From Chiloscyllium plagiosum (taxonomy: Eukaryota), in assembly GCF_004010195.1 (NCBI RefSeq), contig NC_057719.1, forward strand, positions 25,382,809 through 25,427,741: a DNA stretch of 44,933 nucleotides. The letters run 5' to 3'. Positions within the stretch are counted from its first letter, which is position 1. Each line of letters begins with the position of its first letter. Positions 11,601 to 24,034 of the stretch are shown here, piece by piece. The notes under the pieces were generated by a model. It ran no database searches. It was not told the DNA's origin and saw nothing but the letters and a program-made list of their open reading frames with translations. Made by a program: the position numbers and the translations under genes.

Positions 11601-12874
11601 AAAATCTTTGGAGTGGGAAAGAAAGTTAAAATTTATAGCTTTGTATTATTATTAAAGTTTAATTGTTTTTTTGACCTTAAGCATAGGAAACATTTTATCA
11701 CACCCAGTTCCTGTGGTGCCTCACTGTGAAAGGATCAAAACAGTGTAATACTGAACTGGAGGCCCTTAATTAGCTTTCAGGTCTCAGTTAACTAATATCT
11801 GCTTGGCCAGTGGTTGTAGCATTGCGACTGACTGCACCATTGGGTGAAGGATTCATTAAATTCCTTTGCAATGAATGGGAATTGTTTGCAATTTTAATAT
11901 GTCTGGAGGGAAATCAGGTCTAATCAGAGTTGACCTGAGGGAAAGCTTTATTTTATTTATATCACTGACTGGTTATTTTTGGGACAGCCTTACTCGTCAG
12001 GTGTCTGGTCTCTTTTATCAGCCAGTAATACATTAGTGATAAATCTGGCATATTAAGTAAGAATAAAATAATTGGGAATTTAAGAATTTGTTATTATATT
12101 GCATATGTTAAGTAAATTTGTGGTGCTTGGATTATTGGTTTTATGTTATCCTTAAAAGCCTTCATCATGCTTTTAATTTTCATGAACTTAGGAAGATGAG
12201 GTAGCACATCATGAACTAAGTGTTACACTTAACAGTAGCTCATGTGATAAATCTAGTTGCGGCAGTGAGAAAATCAATTTCCTCTCTGGCTTCTGCAAAG
12301 TCATACATCTGCTATTAGATGCCTATCTCATGATTATAGAAGAGTTTGGAAGAACTATCTATTTGCCTGGATTATATTTGTTTGTAGTAAGTCTGACAGT
12401 AAATTTTCTTCTTAATTATCAGGATGATATATATTACAAGTAACTATTACACCAAGATAAACAGATGAGAAACTGCAAGTACTGCAACCCATTATTGTGC
12501 TTTGGGTTCTAGCAATGGGATAAATTATTCTTTCCTATTGATTCGTATGTAATTGATTTAAATTTAAAATTAACCACTGCTTCCTGATCCATGGTTGCTG
12601 CAGCATGTGATAAGCTGTGGAAAATCCATGATTCTCTCATTGTGCTCCAGTATAAATTCTTCACACTCTTCTAAGTTCACAGTGATGAGCCCGAATGAGC
12701 GCTATGGGAAAACTGCCCTTGTCAGCTATTGCCAATTGCAAATTGTTGTGAGTCACTCTATCCTTGACTGGCAGTGGGATGAGGCATTGAGTGATTGGTC
12801 CATATGTAGTCTTGACAGCACAGAAGAAAACAATTCATGTTATTGTTGTCGGCCACTTGTTGGGCCTCCAGTGC

Positions 12875-13165
12875 AGATCCAACACCAAGATCATGAGCTT
12901 ACAGAGCCGTGGTGGTTCCCACCATCCTATATGGCTCTGAGACATGGACTGTCTAAAGCAAACATGTCAAGGCACTGGAGCAGTACCACCAACGCTGCTT
13001 GCGTAAGATACTGCAAATCTGCTGGGCAGAAAGGTGATGAGCACTAATGTCCTCGACCAGGCCAACATCCCCAGCATCAACCACCCTTGATTGTCAATGA
13101 TGAGGCTGGGCATGTATCCACATAACAGACATGAGACTCCCCAAGCAGGTGCTCTGCTCCCAATG
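12875..13165 (+). mobile_element. RTE-clade LINE fragment (post-RT region)
   Basis: Reads NTKIM.YRAVVVPTILYGSETWTV*SKHVKALEQYHQRCLRKILQICW..STNVLDQANIPSI..RLPKQVL across frameshifts, a hallmark RTE/BovB-like motif set. Confidence 0.8.
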
Positions 13166-14812
13166 GCTTCCAGTGTCAATGGGCCCCCAAATTTCTAAAT
13201 TCCCATTCAGATAGCCCTTCCCATAAACTTCACAGGTCTCACCATGAGCCTGATGTGCCCGCCTCTCATAACCAATCCCTGGCCTATAAGGTGACTGTAT
13301 AAGGTGTGGTCATGCACTGCTTCCCACTTCAGACCTAACTATGAATGACCACCTCCCCCTGCATTACCCCCTTGCCAGCTATGCTTAACTGTGCTCCCCT
13401 CCCGCAGATACAGCCGCCCACCCCTCACAATCAGAAGCCAACTAGCCAGAAGAATAACTTACTGAGACTTATCCTCATGTTAACAGTCACTCTTGCCCAC
13501 TCAAATCCCACCCCACCTTTTCCCACTGGCTTGTCTGCATGGACCCAAAGGACTGACTCTGGCCCACGCCTTTGAGCAACCAACCTGGACAGCCCTGGTA
13601 AAGAAGTACTCTGGCCACTGGCTGTGCATTCTCCCAAACCCATTAGTTTTACAACCCCATCCCTGTCACCCAGAGTGCAGAGTGCAGAGGCACCGGCACC
13701 CCGACTGGAATCCCCTGTGTAGATGCCTGAACATAGTCAAACCCCCACCATGGTATCTGAGGCTGACCTTCACTGACTGATGAGGGCCACTTTAGTGAGG
13801 AGTACTTACCGAAGACCTTGTGTAATGGCTGCTTGCTTGCTTGCTAGTTGCACGTGCAACTCACCACATAAGCTGCTGGCATGTGGAATAGATACGTGGA
13901 ATGGTGCCATACACAGCAAGATGTATGCCACCTGGACTGAGGACTGCTGACCAGGTGTGACTCTGCTAAATAGCAGGGCATGGCAAGGCAAGACAAAGAT
14001 GGATGGTGTGAGCGTGTGCTTAGAAAGCAAATGAGCAGTCGTGAGATGTAGCCCAGTCTAATCCGTGAGCTTGGTCCATGTCCAAGTTCAAAAAATGTCC
14101 CTGAGTCAACCGTCCAATACCAGTTGCTGGTGCATCCTACAATGGAAGTCTGAGCTTCCTGAGTGCACTGCCAGCGTACAGGAGAGGTGCCATTATGGTT
14201 ATGCCATTATGGTGCCATGGAACATGCCCTGAAATAGTAGCTTGTTAGAGATCATTAAGAGCAAGTGACAAGCTGAATCTACTAGTACCCTCTTTGGTTT
14301 CCATGGTGAGTTTTTTTGAGGTTGTTTGGGCTGTCAATAAGGCATTTAAATTGGAACCCACTGCTGCCAAGTGAGAAAATCATCCTCCCGTTCGTCAAAT
14401 CACAAAAGATGGAGTGAGATGTCTTCAATGTTGAGCTGGACCTCACCAGACTTTTCATTCAATTTTGTCACACATCTCACCATAGCCCACAATACTCTAG
14501 CCCCTATAACATTGAACCGTGTGCATGTAATACACTTGAAAATAGCAGGGCATGGCATTTCTTTTTAATTAATTTGTGATTCATGGGACATGGGTGTTGT
14601 TGGCTGGACCAGCATTTATTGCCTGTCCTAATTGTCCCCTTGAGAAATTGGTGGTGACTTACCTTCTTGAACTGCTGCAGTCCACCTGCTGTGGGGTGCC
14701 TCAAAATGCCCAGAGGGAGGGAATTCCAGGATTTTAATCCAGAGACAGTGAAGGAATGGTGATATATTTCCAAGTCAGAATGGTGATTGGCTTGGAGGGG
14801 AATGTGCAGGTG

Positions 14813-16415
14813 ATTTGATTTGATTTATTATTGTCACATGTACCTAGGTACAGTGAAAAGTTTTGTTTTGCATGCAGTACAGGTAGATCATACCATACAA
14901 AGGTCATGGGGTGATAGAATAGAGCAAAGAATACAAAGCCATGGCTGTAAAGAAGGTTCACAAAAGCAAGATCAACAGTAGATTTGAAATTTGAGAAGTC
15001 CATTCAGAAGTCTAATAAAAACAGAGAAGAATCTATTCTTGAATCTGTTGATATATGTGTTTCAGCTTTTGTATTTTCTGCCTAATGGAAGAGTTTGGAA
15101 GAGATTATAAATAGGGCAGGGAGGAGTATTTGATGATGTTGGCTGTCTTTCTGAGACATCGAGAAGTGTAGATGAAGTCAATGGATGGAAGATTGGCTTG
15201 GGTGACGAACTGGTTGTGTTCACAACTCTGTAGTTTCTAGTAGTCCTGCCAGAGCAGTTGCCGTACCAAGTTGTGATACTTCCTATGGTACACCTATAAA
15301 AGTTGGTAAGAGTCTTTATGGATATACCCAATTTCCTTAGCTTCCTGAGGAAGAAGAGGCGTTTTTGTGCTTTCTTGATTGTGCATCTTTGTGGGTGGTC
15401 CAGGACAGATTGTTGGTGATCGTCACTCCTAGGAACTTGACGCTCTCAACCATTTTCACCTCAGCTCCATTGATGTAGATAGGGGTGTGCACTCCTCCTT
15501 TCTTCCTGAAGTCAATGATCATCTCTTTAGTTTTGCTGATGTTGAGGGAGATTGTTATCTTTACATCACGCCATCAAGCACAGAATCTCGTTCCTGTATT
15601 CTGACTTGTCATTGTTTTGATATTTGGCTTATAACGGTGATGTTGTCAGTGGATTTGTAGATGGAGTTTGGATGCAATTTAGCCACATAGTCATGAGCAT
15701 ACAGGGAGTACAGTTAGGGGGCTGAGTACACATCCTTGCGGGGTACCAGTGTTGAAGATTGTCACGAAGGAGGTGCTGTTACCCATCTTCGCTGTTGCGT
15801 TCTGTAGGTTAGGAAGACAAGAATCCAGTTGTTGAGGGTGGAGCAGAGACCTAGGTCTTAGACTTTGGAGATTAGTTTGTTTGGGATCGCGGTGCTGAAG
15901 GCAGAGCTGTAGTCAATAAGTAGAAGCCTGACGTAGGTGTTCTTATAACCAAGATGCTCCAGAGTTGTGTAAGGTTGCGGAGATGACATCTGCCTTGGAC
16001 CTATTGCCACTTTAGGCGAATTGCAAGAGATCAAGGCAGGCTGGGAGGCTACTGTTGTGTGGGCCATAGCTAACCTCTCAAAGCACTTAATAATTATGGA
16101 GCTCAGAGCCACCAGGCAGTAGTCATTGAGGCTCATTGCATGTGTTTTCTTTTGTACTCTGATGATGGTGGTCTTCTTGAAGCAGATTAGGACTTCAGAT
16201 TGTAGCAAGAAGAGGTTAAAAATGTCAGTAAATACTCCCACCAGCCGGTACGCACAAGATCTGAGTGCATGGCCTGGGACTCCATCCGGGCCAGTTGCTT
16301 TCAATGGGTTCACTCTCAGGATAGGCTAGTCTGATGACTGCAGCAGTGACTGAGGGAACAGGCACACCCAAGGCTGTCGGCATAGGTGTCAACATTTTAC
16401 TGACCTCTGTTCGAA
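14813..16415 (-). mobile_element. Rex1/Babar-like LINE, 5'-truncated, disrupted
   Basis: ORF 15858-16313 (KATGPDGVPGHALRSCA..VFTDIFNL..CFKKTTII..LNDY..YVRLLLIDYSSAF) plus IIDFRK and LTNFYRCTI. Ends in aataaatcaaatcaaat repeats. Confidence 0.88.
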
Positions 16416-16877
16416 CCGTAGTGCGGCATTCCCATATATCTACATCCCATGTCCTTCCAGATGGAAGGTGGTGTCTGAGGATCTTTGGTGAATTTCTGTA
16501 GTACACCCTGTAGATAGTACACACTTCTGCTACTGAGCATTGGTGGTGAAGGGAAGTGATGCAGTACCAATCAAGTGGGCTGCTTTCTGCTTGATGGTGT
16601 CAAGTTTCTCGAGTTTTGTTGGGGCTGCACCCATCCAGGCAAGTTGAGTATTTTGTCACATTCCAGACTTGTGCCTTGTAGATGATGGATAGGCTTTGGG
16701 GAGTCAGGAGATGAGTTGCTTGCTGCAGTATTTCTAGCCCCTGGCCAGGTCTTGCAGCCATTGAGTTTCTGGTCAATGGTAACTGCCAAAATGTTGATAG
16801 CGAGAGATTTAATGATGATAACACCATTGAATATCAAGGAGCAGAGATTAGATTGACTCTTATTGGTGACCGTCATT

Positions 16878-17111
16878 GTCGAGAGTGTGGTGCTGCAAAA
16901 GCACAGCAGGTCAGGCAGCATCTGAGGAGCAGGAGAATTGACATTTTGGGCAAATGTCCTTCATCAGGAATGAGGCTTCATCAGGAGTTACCAGGAGCAG
17001 GAGAGTTGACTGACAAAGGGCTCCTGCTCCTTGGATGTTGCCTCACCTGTTATGCATTTCCAACACTATACTCTCAACTCTGATCTCCAGCATCTGCCTT
17101 CATCACTTTCT
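16878..17111. mobile_element. Older fold-back family C element with scrambled centre, ~20-bp TSD
   Basis: Inverted arms ~16878-16938 / ~17022-17080 plus tail. TSD tcttattggtgaccgtcatt (16858-16877) vs tcttcttggtgatggtcatt (17112-17131). Confidence 0.82.
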
Positions 17112-17220
17112 TCTTCTTGGTGATGGTCATTGCCTGGCATTTGTGTGGTGCGAATGTTACTTGCAATTTGCCAGTCCAAAGCCTGAATTTTGTCCAGATC
17201 TTGGTGAATTTGAACATGGA

Positions 17221-17333
17221 GAAAGTGAGGACTGCAGATCCTGAAGAAGGGCTTATGCCCGAAACGTTGATTCTCCTGCTCCTTTGATGCTGCCTGACCT
17301 GCTGCGCTTTTCCAGCAACACATTTATCAGCTC
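17221..17333. mobile_element. Short family C element: 19-nt inverted tail stub fused to a plus-strand copy starting at the ribozyme core, 16-bp TSD
   Basis: TSD tgaatttga(a/t)catgga at 17205-17220 and 17334-17349. gaaagtgaggactgcagat is the reverse complement of the family C tail end. Confidence 0.87.
17241..17268 (+). ncRNA. Minimal hammerhead core (family C)
   Basis: CTGAAGA-a-gggc(ttat)gccc-GAAACGTT, with an NUH triplet GUU. Confidence 0.75.
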
Positions 17334-19349
17334 TGAATTTGATCATGGACTGCTTCTGGGGGATCACAAATGGTGCTGAATGTTGTGCAGTCATTAACAT
17401 ACATCCTCACTTCTGACCTTATGATAGAGGGAAAGTCATTGATAAAGGAGGTAAAATTTGTTGGTGGGGAAATCACCCTAAGGAACTCCTGCAGACATGT
17501 CCTGGAACTGAAATGACTGACTTCCAATAAGCACAACTATCTTCCTATGTGTCCGGTATGATTCCAAACAGCAGAGAATATTCACCCTGAAACCCATTGA
17601 TTCCAGTTTTGCCAGGGCTTCTTGGTCAAACTCAGCCTTAATGTCAAGAGCTGTCATTCTCACCTCACCTCTGGAATCTAGCTCTTTTGTCCATGTTTGA
17701 ATCAAGGCTGGAATGAGGTCAGGAGTTGAGTGGCTCTGGTGGAACCCAAACTGGGTGACACTGAGCAGGTTGTTGCTGAGCAGTTGCTGCTTGATAGCAG
17801 TATTGATGACACCTTCCACCACTTTACTGATGATTGAGAGTGGACAGATGGGGTTGTAATTGGTTGGATTGGATTTGTTCTGTTTTTTATGTACAGGACA
17901 ATTTTCCAAATTGTCGGGTAGATGCCATTATAATGATTGTACTGGAAGAGCTTGGTTGGGGAGACACAAGTTTTCAGTACTATTGCTGGAACATTATCAG
18001 GGCCCAAATCCTTTGCAGTTCCCAATGCCTCTAACCGTTTCTTGATAAATATGTGGAATGAATTGAATTGGCTAAAGACTGGTATCTCTGATACTGGGGA
18101 CCGCTGACCGAAATGGATCATCTACTTGACACTTCTGGCTAAAGATTGCTGCAACTGCTTCAGCCTTATCTATTGCACTGATGTGATGGGGGCCTTCCAT
18201 CATTGATGATGGAGATATTTGTGGAGCCTCCTCTTCCAGTGATTTGCTTAATTGTCCACAACATTCACGACTGGATGTGGCAGGACTGCAAATCTTAGAA
18301 TTGATCATTGGTTGCGAGATTGGATACCTCTATCCCTTGCCGTTAATGCTGTTTGAAATGCAAGTAGTCTTGTTTGGTGGCTTCACCAGGTTGACACCTT
18401 GTTTTCAGGTATGCCTACTGCTGCTCCCGGCATGCCCTCCTGCACTTTCCATTGAACCAGGATTGATCCCCTAGCTTGACAGTAAGGGTTGGGTGGGGGA
18501 TATGCTGGGCCATGAGGTTACAGAGTATGCTGGAGTGCAATTCTGATGCTGTTGATGGGTCATAGCGCCTCATGGAAGCCCAGTCTTGAGTTGCTAGATC
18601 TGTTCGAAGTCTCTCCCATTTATTGTTGTGATAGTGCCATGCAAGTTGGTGGAGGTTATTCTCAATGTCAAGGTGGGACTTTGTCTCCACAAGGTTTATG
18701 TGATTCGCACTCTTACCAATACTGTTATGAGCAGATGCATCTGCAGATTGGTAAGGATAAGCTCAAGTATGCTTTTCCCTCTTGTTGGTTCCCTCACCAC
18801 CTGCTGCAGACCCAGTCTAACAGTTATAGGATTTGACCAGCTCAACCAGTAGTGCTGCTGTCAAGCCATTCTTATGGTGAACATTTAAATCCCTCACCCA
18901 GGGTACATTTTGTCCTCTTGCCAGCTTTGCTGCTTCCTCCAAGTGTTGTCCAACATGAAAGAGATTCATCAGGCAAGGGAGAATGATACATGGTGATCAG
19001 CAGGAGGTATCCTTGCCCCTATTTAACCTAAAATCATGAGGCTTCATGGGGTCCAGAGTCAATGATGAGGACTCCCAGGGGAATGTTTTTCACCCAACAT
19101 TGCTGTGGGTCACATGTAGGCCAGGCAAGATGTGGATGGCAAAATACCTTCCTTGAAGGACATTAGTAAGCCAGGAAGGATAAGGGATTCTGGATTGGAT
19201 GAAATCCATTCCTGCTGCTTTTGTATTGCCAGAGCCCATTAGACCATTTAAAGAAATTAGAGAATGGAATCTCTGGATGCATCCAACAGGAACAAGAAAG
19301 GGCTTGTAGAAATGTGACTTGTCAGTGTTAAACACAACTGGGCAATTTG

Positions 19350-19635
19350 GATGGAATAATGTTCTGGGGACCTGTGTTCAAATCCCGCAGTGGCAGATGG
19401 TATCATTTGAATTCAATAAAGAATCTGAAATTAAGGTCCAATGATGACCATTGTCAATTTCCACGTCAAACCCACCGAGTTCATAAATGTCATTTAGGGA
19501 AGGATATCTGCCTACATGTGACTCCAGACCTCACATAAATGTGGTTGACTCTTAACGCTCACTGGGCAATTAGGGATGGTCAATAAATACTGGTCTGGCC
19601 AGTGACGTACACATCCCATGAGTGAATAAATAAAA
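19350..19635 (+). mobile_element. tRNA-derived SINE (LF-SINE-like body) with family-2 LINE tail
   Basis: B-box gttcaaatcc, body gcctacatgtgactccagacc..gtggttgactcttaac, and tail gggcaattagggatggtcaataaa..catcccatgagtgaataaataaaa matching 11527-11600. Confidence 0.65.
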
Positions 19636-20009
19636 TCTGCTGCCGAATACGACTCAAGAGCTGAAACAATTTAGTGGGTGGTAAGAGATAGTGAAGGATG
19701 AGTTGGAAAGACCGAGATTGAACATGGGGTCACATTTGTTTTCAAAGTCATGCAAATACTTGTGACTATACCAAGTATATCCTTGTAGTATCAACTAATT
19801 CAAGGGAAATTTATCTTTGTCTGAGATATTTTTTGCCTGTTAATTAATGTTTAAGGCGTTGACCTTAGTCAGTTTGTTACAGTAAAAGTTCTAGAAAGTA
19901 AAATCTTGTCCAAAAGTTTTCTTCTTCTTGCTAACATCAATATTCCTTTCTTTAAAAAACATTGTTGGTCTCTCCAGGGACTGTAACAATATAACTTTTT
20001 TTAAAAAAA

Positions 20010-20230
20010 ATGTTTATCGAGTGAGCAGAATGTGAAACTTGTTACCACACGGGAATAGTAAAGGTAAACAGAATAGGCACATTTAACAGGTAATAAGTAC
20101 ATGAGGGAGAAAGCAACTAAAGGACTGGGTGAAGTTAAGAAAGGTTGGAAGAGGCTTGAGTGGAGCACAGATATCAGCACAGGCAAGATGGGACAAATAG
20201 TCCATTTCTGTGCTGTAGTTTCTCTGTAGT
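20010..20230 (+). mobile_element. Old CR1-like 3' end
   Basis: Decayed ..gtggagcacagatatcagcacaggcaagatgggacaaatagtccatttctgtgctgtag tail. Confidence 0.6.
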
Positions 20231-22317
20231 CCTACATGATATATCTCGTGTTGTGATGAGAAAGTTACAGCTAGCCGGGTAAGCTGCAATGGTTGAAAAA
20301 AACTCTTCCTTCTCCCTGACCTTGACTCAATATACAAAATGAAAAGCTCTCTGGAGAAGGAATTAACCATAAAGTCTATTCTGACACTAGCAATGAGATA
20401 AAATGACTCCAGACAAGGTTGTTAATAAGCTTCAAAAGCAGAGTTGAAGAGGCTACCAGGCAGTTTCTGCTCGCTGTGCAAACTTGGCTTTCGTGGATAG
20501 GTTCGAGTGTGGGACCTGTTGGCTGACTGCAGCTCTTTGGATATAATTGTTTTCTATCCATACTATTAAGCAAAACTCCCAGCTGACAGAGCAAGGGATG
20601 CGGTTAACTAAATAGTTCTTGATTCAAAGTCTTTCTTATTGCTTGGATCACTTAAAGCCTTGAAGATTATCTCCCACTGAAATCGTGAATTCTCTTGTCC
20701 TTGGCAATCCTGGAAGAGTTAGGAACTCTTTGAAACAGGATGTGCTGCTGATGTGTTGACATTGCTGACCTGCTAATACTGTCATGTTATCAACAAATGG
20801 GGAGCAGCCTTGCAGAGTACTAGGTGTGGACACACTTTCTGGTGGAGTGTTGATTCAATATTTCTTCAGTACAGCTTATCATTAGAATGCTCCAATTATC
20901 TCTGGTCTTGTAATTTCACATGTCTGATCTAAAGAGAGAAGCTTGGATTCCTTACCACTGGCCAACTGTTAATCTTGGTGCATTTCCATTAGCTGCTGCA
21001 GAACAGCGGAAGAGAGTCTTTGTTTAATTGGAACCTGCGCCAGGGGCCATCACATCTGCAAACATCTTCACTGTTAAGAGGGAGCTCCTTACAAATACAG
21101 CCATCAAGCGAGGGTAACGTTGTACCTGACTTTATCTTCGGATATCGCACTAAGGATGGGGAAGACAGAAGAGAATTGCAAGAAGGGATCAAACAGCTTC
21201 CTAGATTTCCAATTAGGATCTGAAGGTTTAAGTGGTCAGTTCTGAATCTCACAAGTGACTGGTGATTACTTTGTTTCTATGCAAATACATCTCATCAAAA
21301 GCTGATCTTACCTGATTTCTATGCAGCTCCCCATTCTTTACCCTTCTTCCTGAGAAACTGAACAGTGCCACAAAATAACATGAAAGTCGGAGAGGTTACC
21401 TGGCTGCAGCTCATTGCATACTTGTCTAGACCTTCAGACAACTCCACTGTCATCACCATTTCCTTGCATGCTTCCTGGGCACTGTTCTCTTCCATACTTC
21501 ATCCACATTGGTGGACATCGGCAAACCAGCCTCACCACAGCAGGCTGCTTTCAGACCAACTCACACATGGCTTTCTTTCTATCAGTTGGCTTCCAGTCAT
21601 GTCAGATGTGCCAAACTTTGCAGACACAAACTTTAAATTCTCACCTGCATTTTCCTGCAATATGTTTAATACCTGACACTGGAAAACAATGGTTCAGAGC
21701 TGCCACTTACCCACACCTAACAGTAGGAATGCAGTGACATGGCCTGCAAATTTTCATGGTGGCTTTTATTTGTGATGAGATGCTGTTATGATGGATAAGT
21801 GCCTGAATTTCACTCACCTAATATAGCAATAGCACTTTTGATCTGCAATGTGCAAATGGATAAAGTAACATAACTCAGAACTCCATATCGAGGTAATGCA
21901 ATGGGCTCATTCTCCATGCCACATGGTGTGAGGGCATAAAATGTCACTTCAATGTGATTGATGTGAGGACTCAGGAGTAGCATTACTGATATACTGTTCT
22001 GTTTCTGACATTCCATGCAGATTATTAACTCTTACATCTGAATGAATTGAAATGGCTGAAGAATTCCTTATGGCTTTGGTACATAAGTGATGAAGAGCAT
22101 TGAAGAAGACATCAATTACAATGCCATCATCAAGCCCAGCAATAACAAACCTCTAATGGCTGCTGTACAGTCTCCATGTGAAGTGCTGTGGACCTAGGAT
22201 TGAAATTGGATGCCAGTGAGATGGCTGTTGTCATGTCCCAGCAGTGGCAAGTCCATCTTGCCTCTCCTGCTGCACGATTTCATGAGGTGAGGACTGGAGA
22301 GCTGGGAGGCATAATTC

Positions 22318-22898
22318 ATCATAGAACCCCTACATGGAAATAAAGGCCATTGGGCCCAAGAGTCTGCATCAACCCTCCAAAGACCATCCCACTCAGACCC
22401 ACCCCTCCCACTCAGACCCACCCCTCCCACTCCGATGCCTGTAGCCTTGCATTTACCATGGCTAATCCACCTAGCCTGCATATCACTGGACACTATAGGA
22501 TAATTTACCATGGCTGATCCATCTAACCTGCACATCACTGGACACTGTAGGATAGATTACCATTGCTAATCCACCTAGCCTGCATATCACTGGATACTGT
22601 AGGATAATTTACCATGGCTAATCCACCTAGCCTGCATATCACTGGACACTGTAGGATAATTTACCATTGCTATGCCACCTAGCCTGCATATCACTGGACA
22701 CTACAAGATAATTTACCATTACTAATCCACCTAACCTGCATATCACTGGACACTAGAGAATAATTTGCAATGGCTAATCCATCTAAATTGCACATCCTTA
22801 GACACTACAGGGTAATTTACCATGACTAATCCACCTAACCTGCATATCTTTGGACTGTGGGAGGAACGGGAGCACTAGGAGGAAACCCATGCAGGCAA
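22318..22898 (-). mobile_element. HE1-type SINE with expanded internal tandem array
   Basis: Tail atagaacccctaca..ggaaa at the left and V-domain ggactgtgggagg..ggaggaaaccca at the right. Confidence 0.85.
22457..22856. repeat. 52-bp minisatellite, ~7.7 copies
   Basis: Unit catggctaatccacctagcctgcatatcactggacactgtaggataatttac starts at 22457, 22509, 22561, 22613, 22665, 22717, 22769 and 22821. Confidence 0.95.
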
Positions 22899-23228
22899 TG
22901 AGCTGACAAGTGGATGATTGCATGAGAAATGGGCCATGGCAGGCTGAAAAAAATACAATTTGCCAAACAAGTGGGAAAATACTGCCAAATTGAGGTGGAG
23001 ACCGGGGAGATTATATCTCAAAGCTTGTGTCCAAGCTCAGTGTTCTTGTTTCCACTTCAGTAGTGCTGGCTGTCAGCTAGCCCTTCACTCCATGGCTGTT
23101 TATAAATGATGGTGGGAAGAGAAGTTCCAGCTACCCATCTGATGGTTTTATCTTTATCCATACCACCCACACCCTTTGAAGACTGCCAGCCAGTATGTAA
23201 GTTAGCTCGCTGAGCTGGAAGGTTTGTT

Positions 23229-23272
23229 TTCAGACATTTCATCACCAATGACTAGGTAATATCATCAGTGAG
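23229..23272 (-). ncRNA. Minimal hammerhead motif (family A)
   Basis: Minus strand reads ctca-CTGATGA-t-attacc(tagtcatt)ggtgat-GAAATGTC-tgaa. Confidence 0.7.
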
Positions 23273-23403
23273 AGTTTCCGTGAACCGCTGGTAGTATGTC
23301 CCACTTCGCTATTTATAGGTCTTCGTGTCTTAAGGTGGGTGATGTCATTTCAGATTCTTTTTTTCAAGGGAAGGTAGATGAGACCTAAATTGATGTGTTT
23401 ATT

Positions 23404-23632
23404 CAAAGTTTGTGAGAAGATTTGTAGCTCGGGTGCTCGTTGCTGTGGTTCTGTTCGCCGAGCTGGAAGTTTTTGTTGCAAACGTTTCGTCCCCTGTCTA
23501 GGTGACATCCGGCCGGAGGAAACACCGCAGAAGCCCTTCACAGGAGGCTCCCAAGCACGGAGGATGTCACCTAGATAGGGGACGAAACGTTTGCAACAAA
23601 AACTTCCAGCTCGGCGAACAGAACCACAGCAG
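23404..23632. mobile_element. Young fold-back family A-related PLE terminus nested in the older PLE, 13-bp TSD
   Basis: TSD tgatgtgtttatt at 23391-23403 and 23633-23645. 37-nt tail 23404-23440. 70-bp arms 23441-23510 / 23562-23631 (1 mismatch). Core variant CGGAGGA-t-gtcacct(agat)aggggac-GAAACGTT. Confidence 0.9.
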
Positions 23633-24034
23633 TGATGTGTTTATTGATGGAATTCTGGTTAGAAAGCCATACCTCTAAGAATTCTTGTGCGGCTTTGTTT
23701 CACCTGTTCTAGGTTGTGTGTGTGTTGTCCCAGTCAAAGCAGTGTCCTTCTCTGTCTGTATGTATGGAAACTAGTGATAGTGGGTCATGTATCCTGGTGG
23801 CAAGTTTCCTGTTTGTTTGCCCAATGTAGTGTTTTTACAGTCTTTGCATGGTTTCTTGTAAATGACGTTAGTTTTGTTGGTAATATCTAACAGATCCTTT
23901 AGGTTCATTAGTCGCTGTTTAAGTGTGTTGGTAGGTTTGTGAGAAAATGAACCATAAATTACATCACACACCTTAACAAACCAAGACCTATAAACAGAGA
24001 GGCAGGACATACAACCAGCTCTTCACCAGAGACT

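Larger units (their letters stand above)
14562..19085 (-). mobile_element. CR1/L2-group LINE (family 2), long decayed copy with three nested insertions
   Basis: 3' tail at 14562-14812; the element resumes at ~16416. RT ORF 17478-17909 (CPVHKKQNKSNPTNYNPI..QFGFHQSHST..ALDIKAEFD). Same family as 10445-11600. Confidence 0.88.

Noticed and set aside
12595..14030. Cluster of 70-150 aa ORFs
   Set aside because: Off-frame RTE remnant plus C-rich decayed repeat-like sequence, with no domain signatures.
19640..19987. Possible solo LTR ending in tgtaaca
   Set aside because: No matching 5' TG boundary, TSD or second copy could be established.
20993..21223. Plus-strand terminal coding exon (LLQNSGRES..RFPIRI)
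   Set aside because: Modest acceptor, no recognisable homology and no partner exons identified.
22457..22856. Regularly spaced repeats resembling a CRISPR array
   Set aside because: Head-to-tail 52-bp units with no unique spacers, inside a SINE in vertebrate DNA, with no cas genes.
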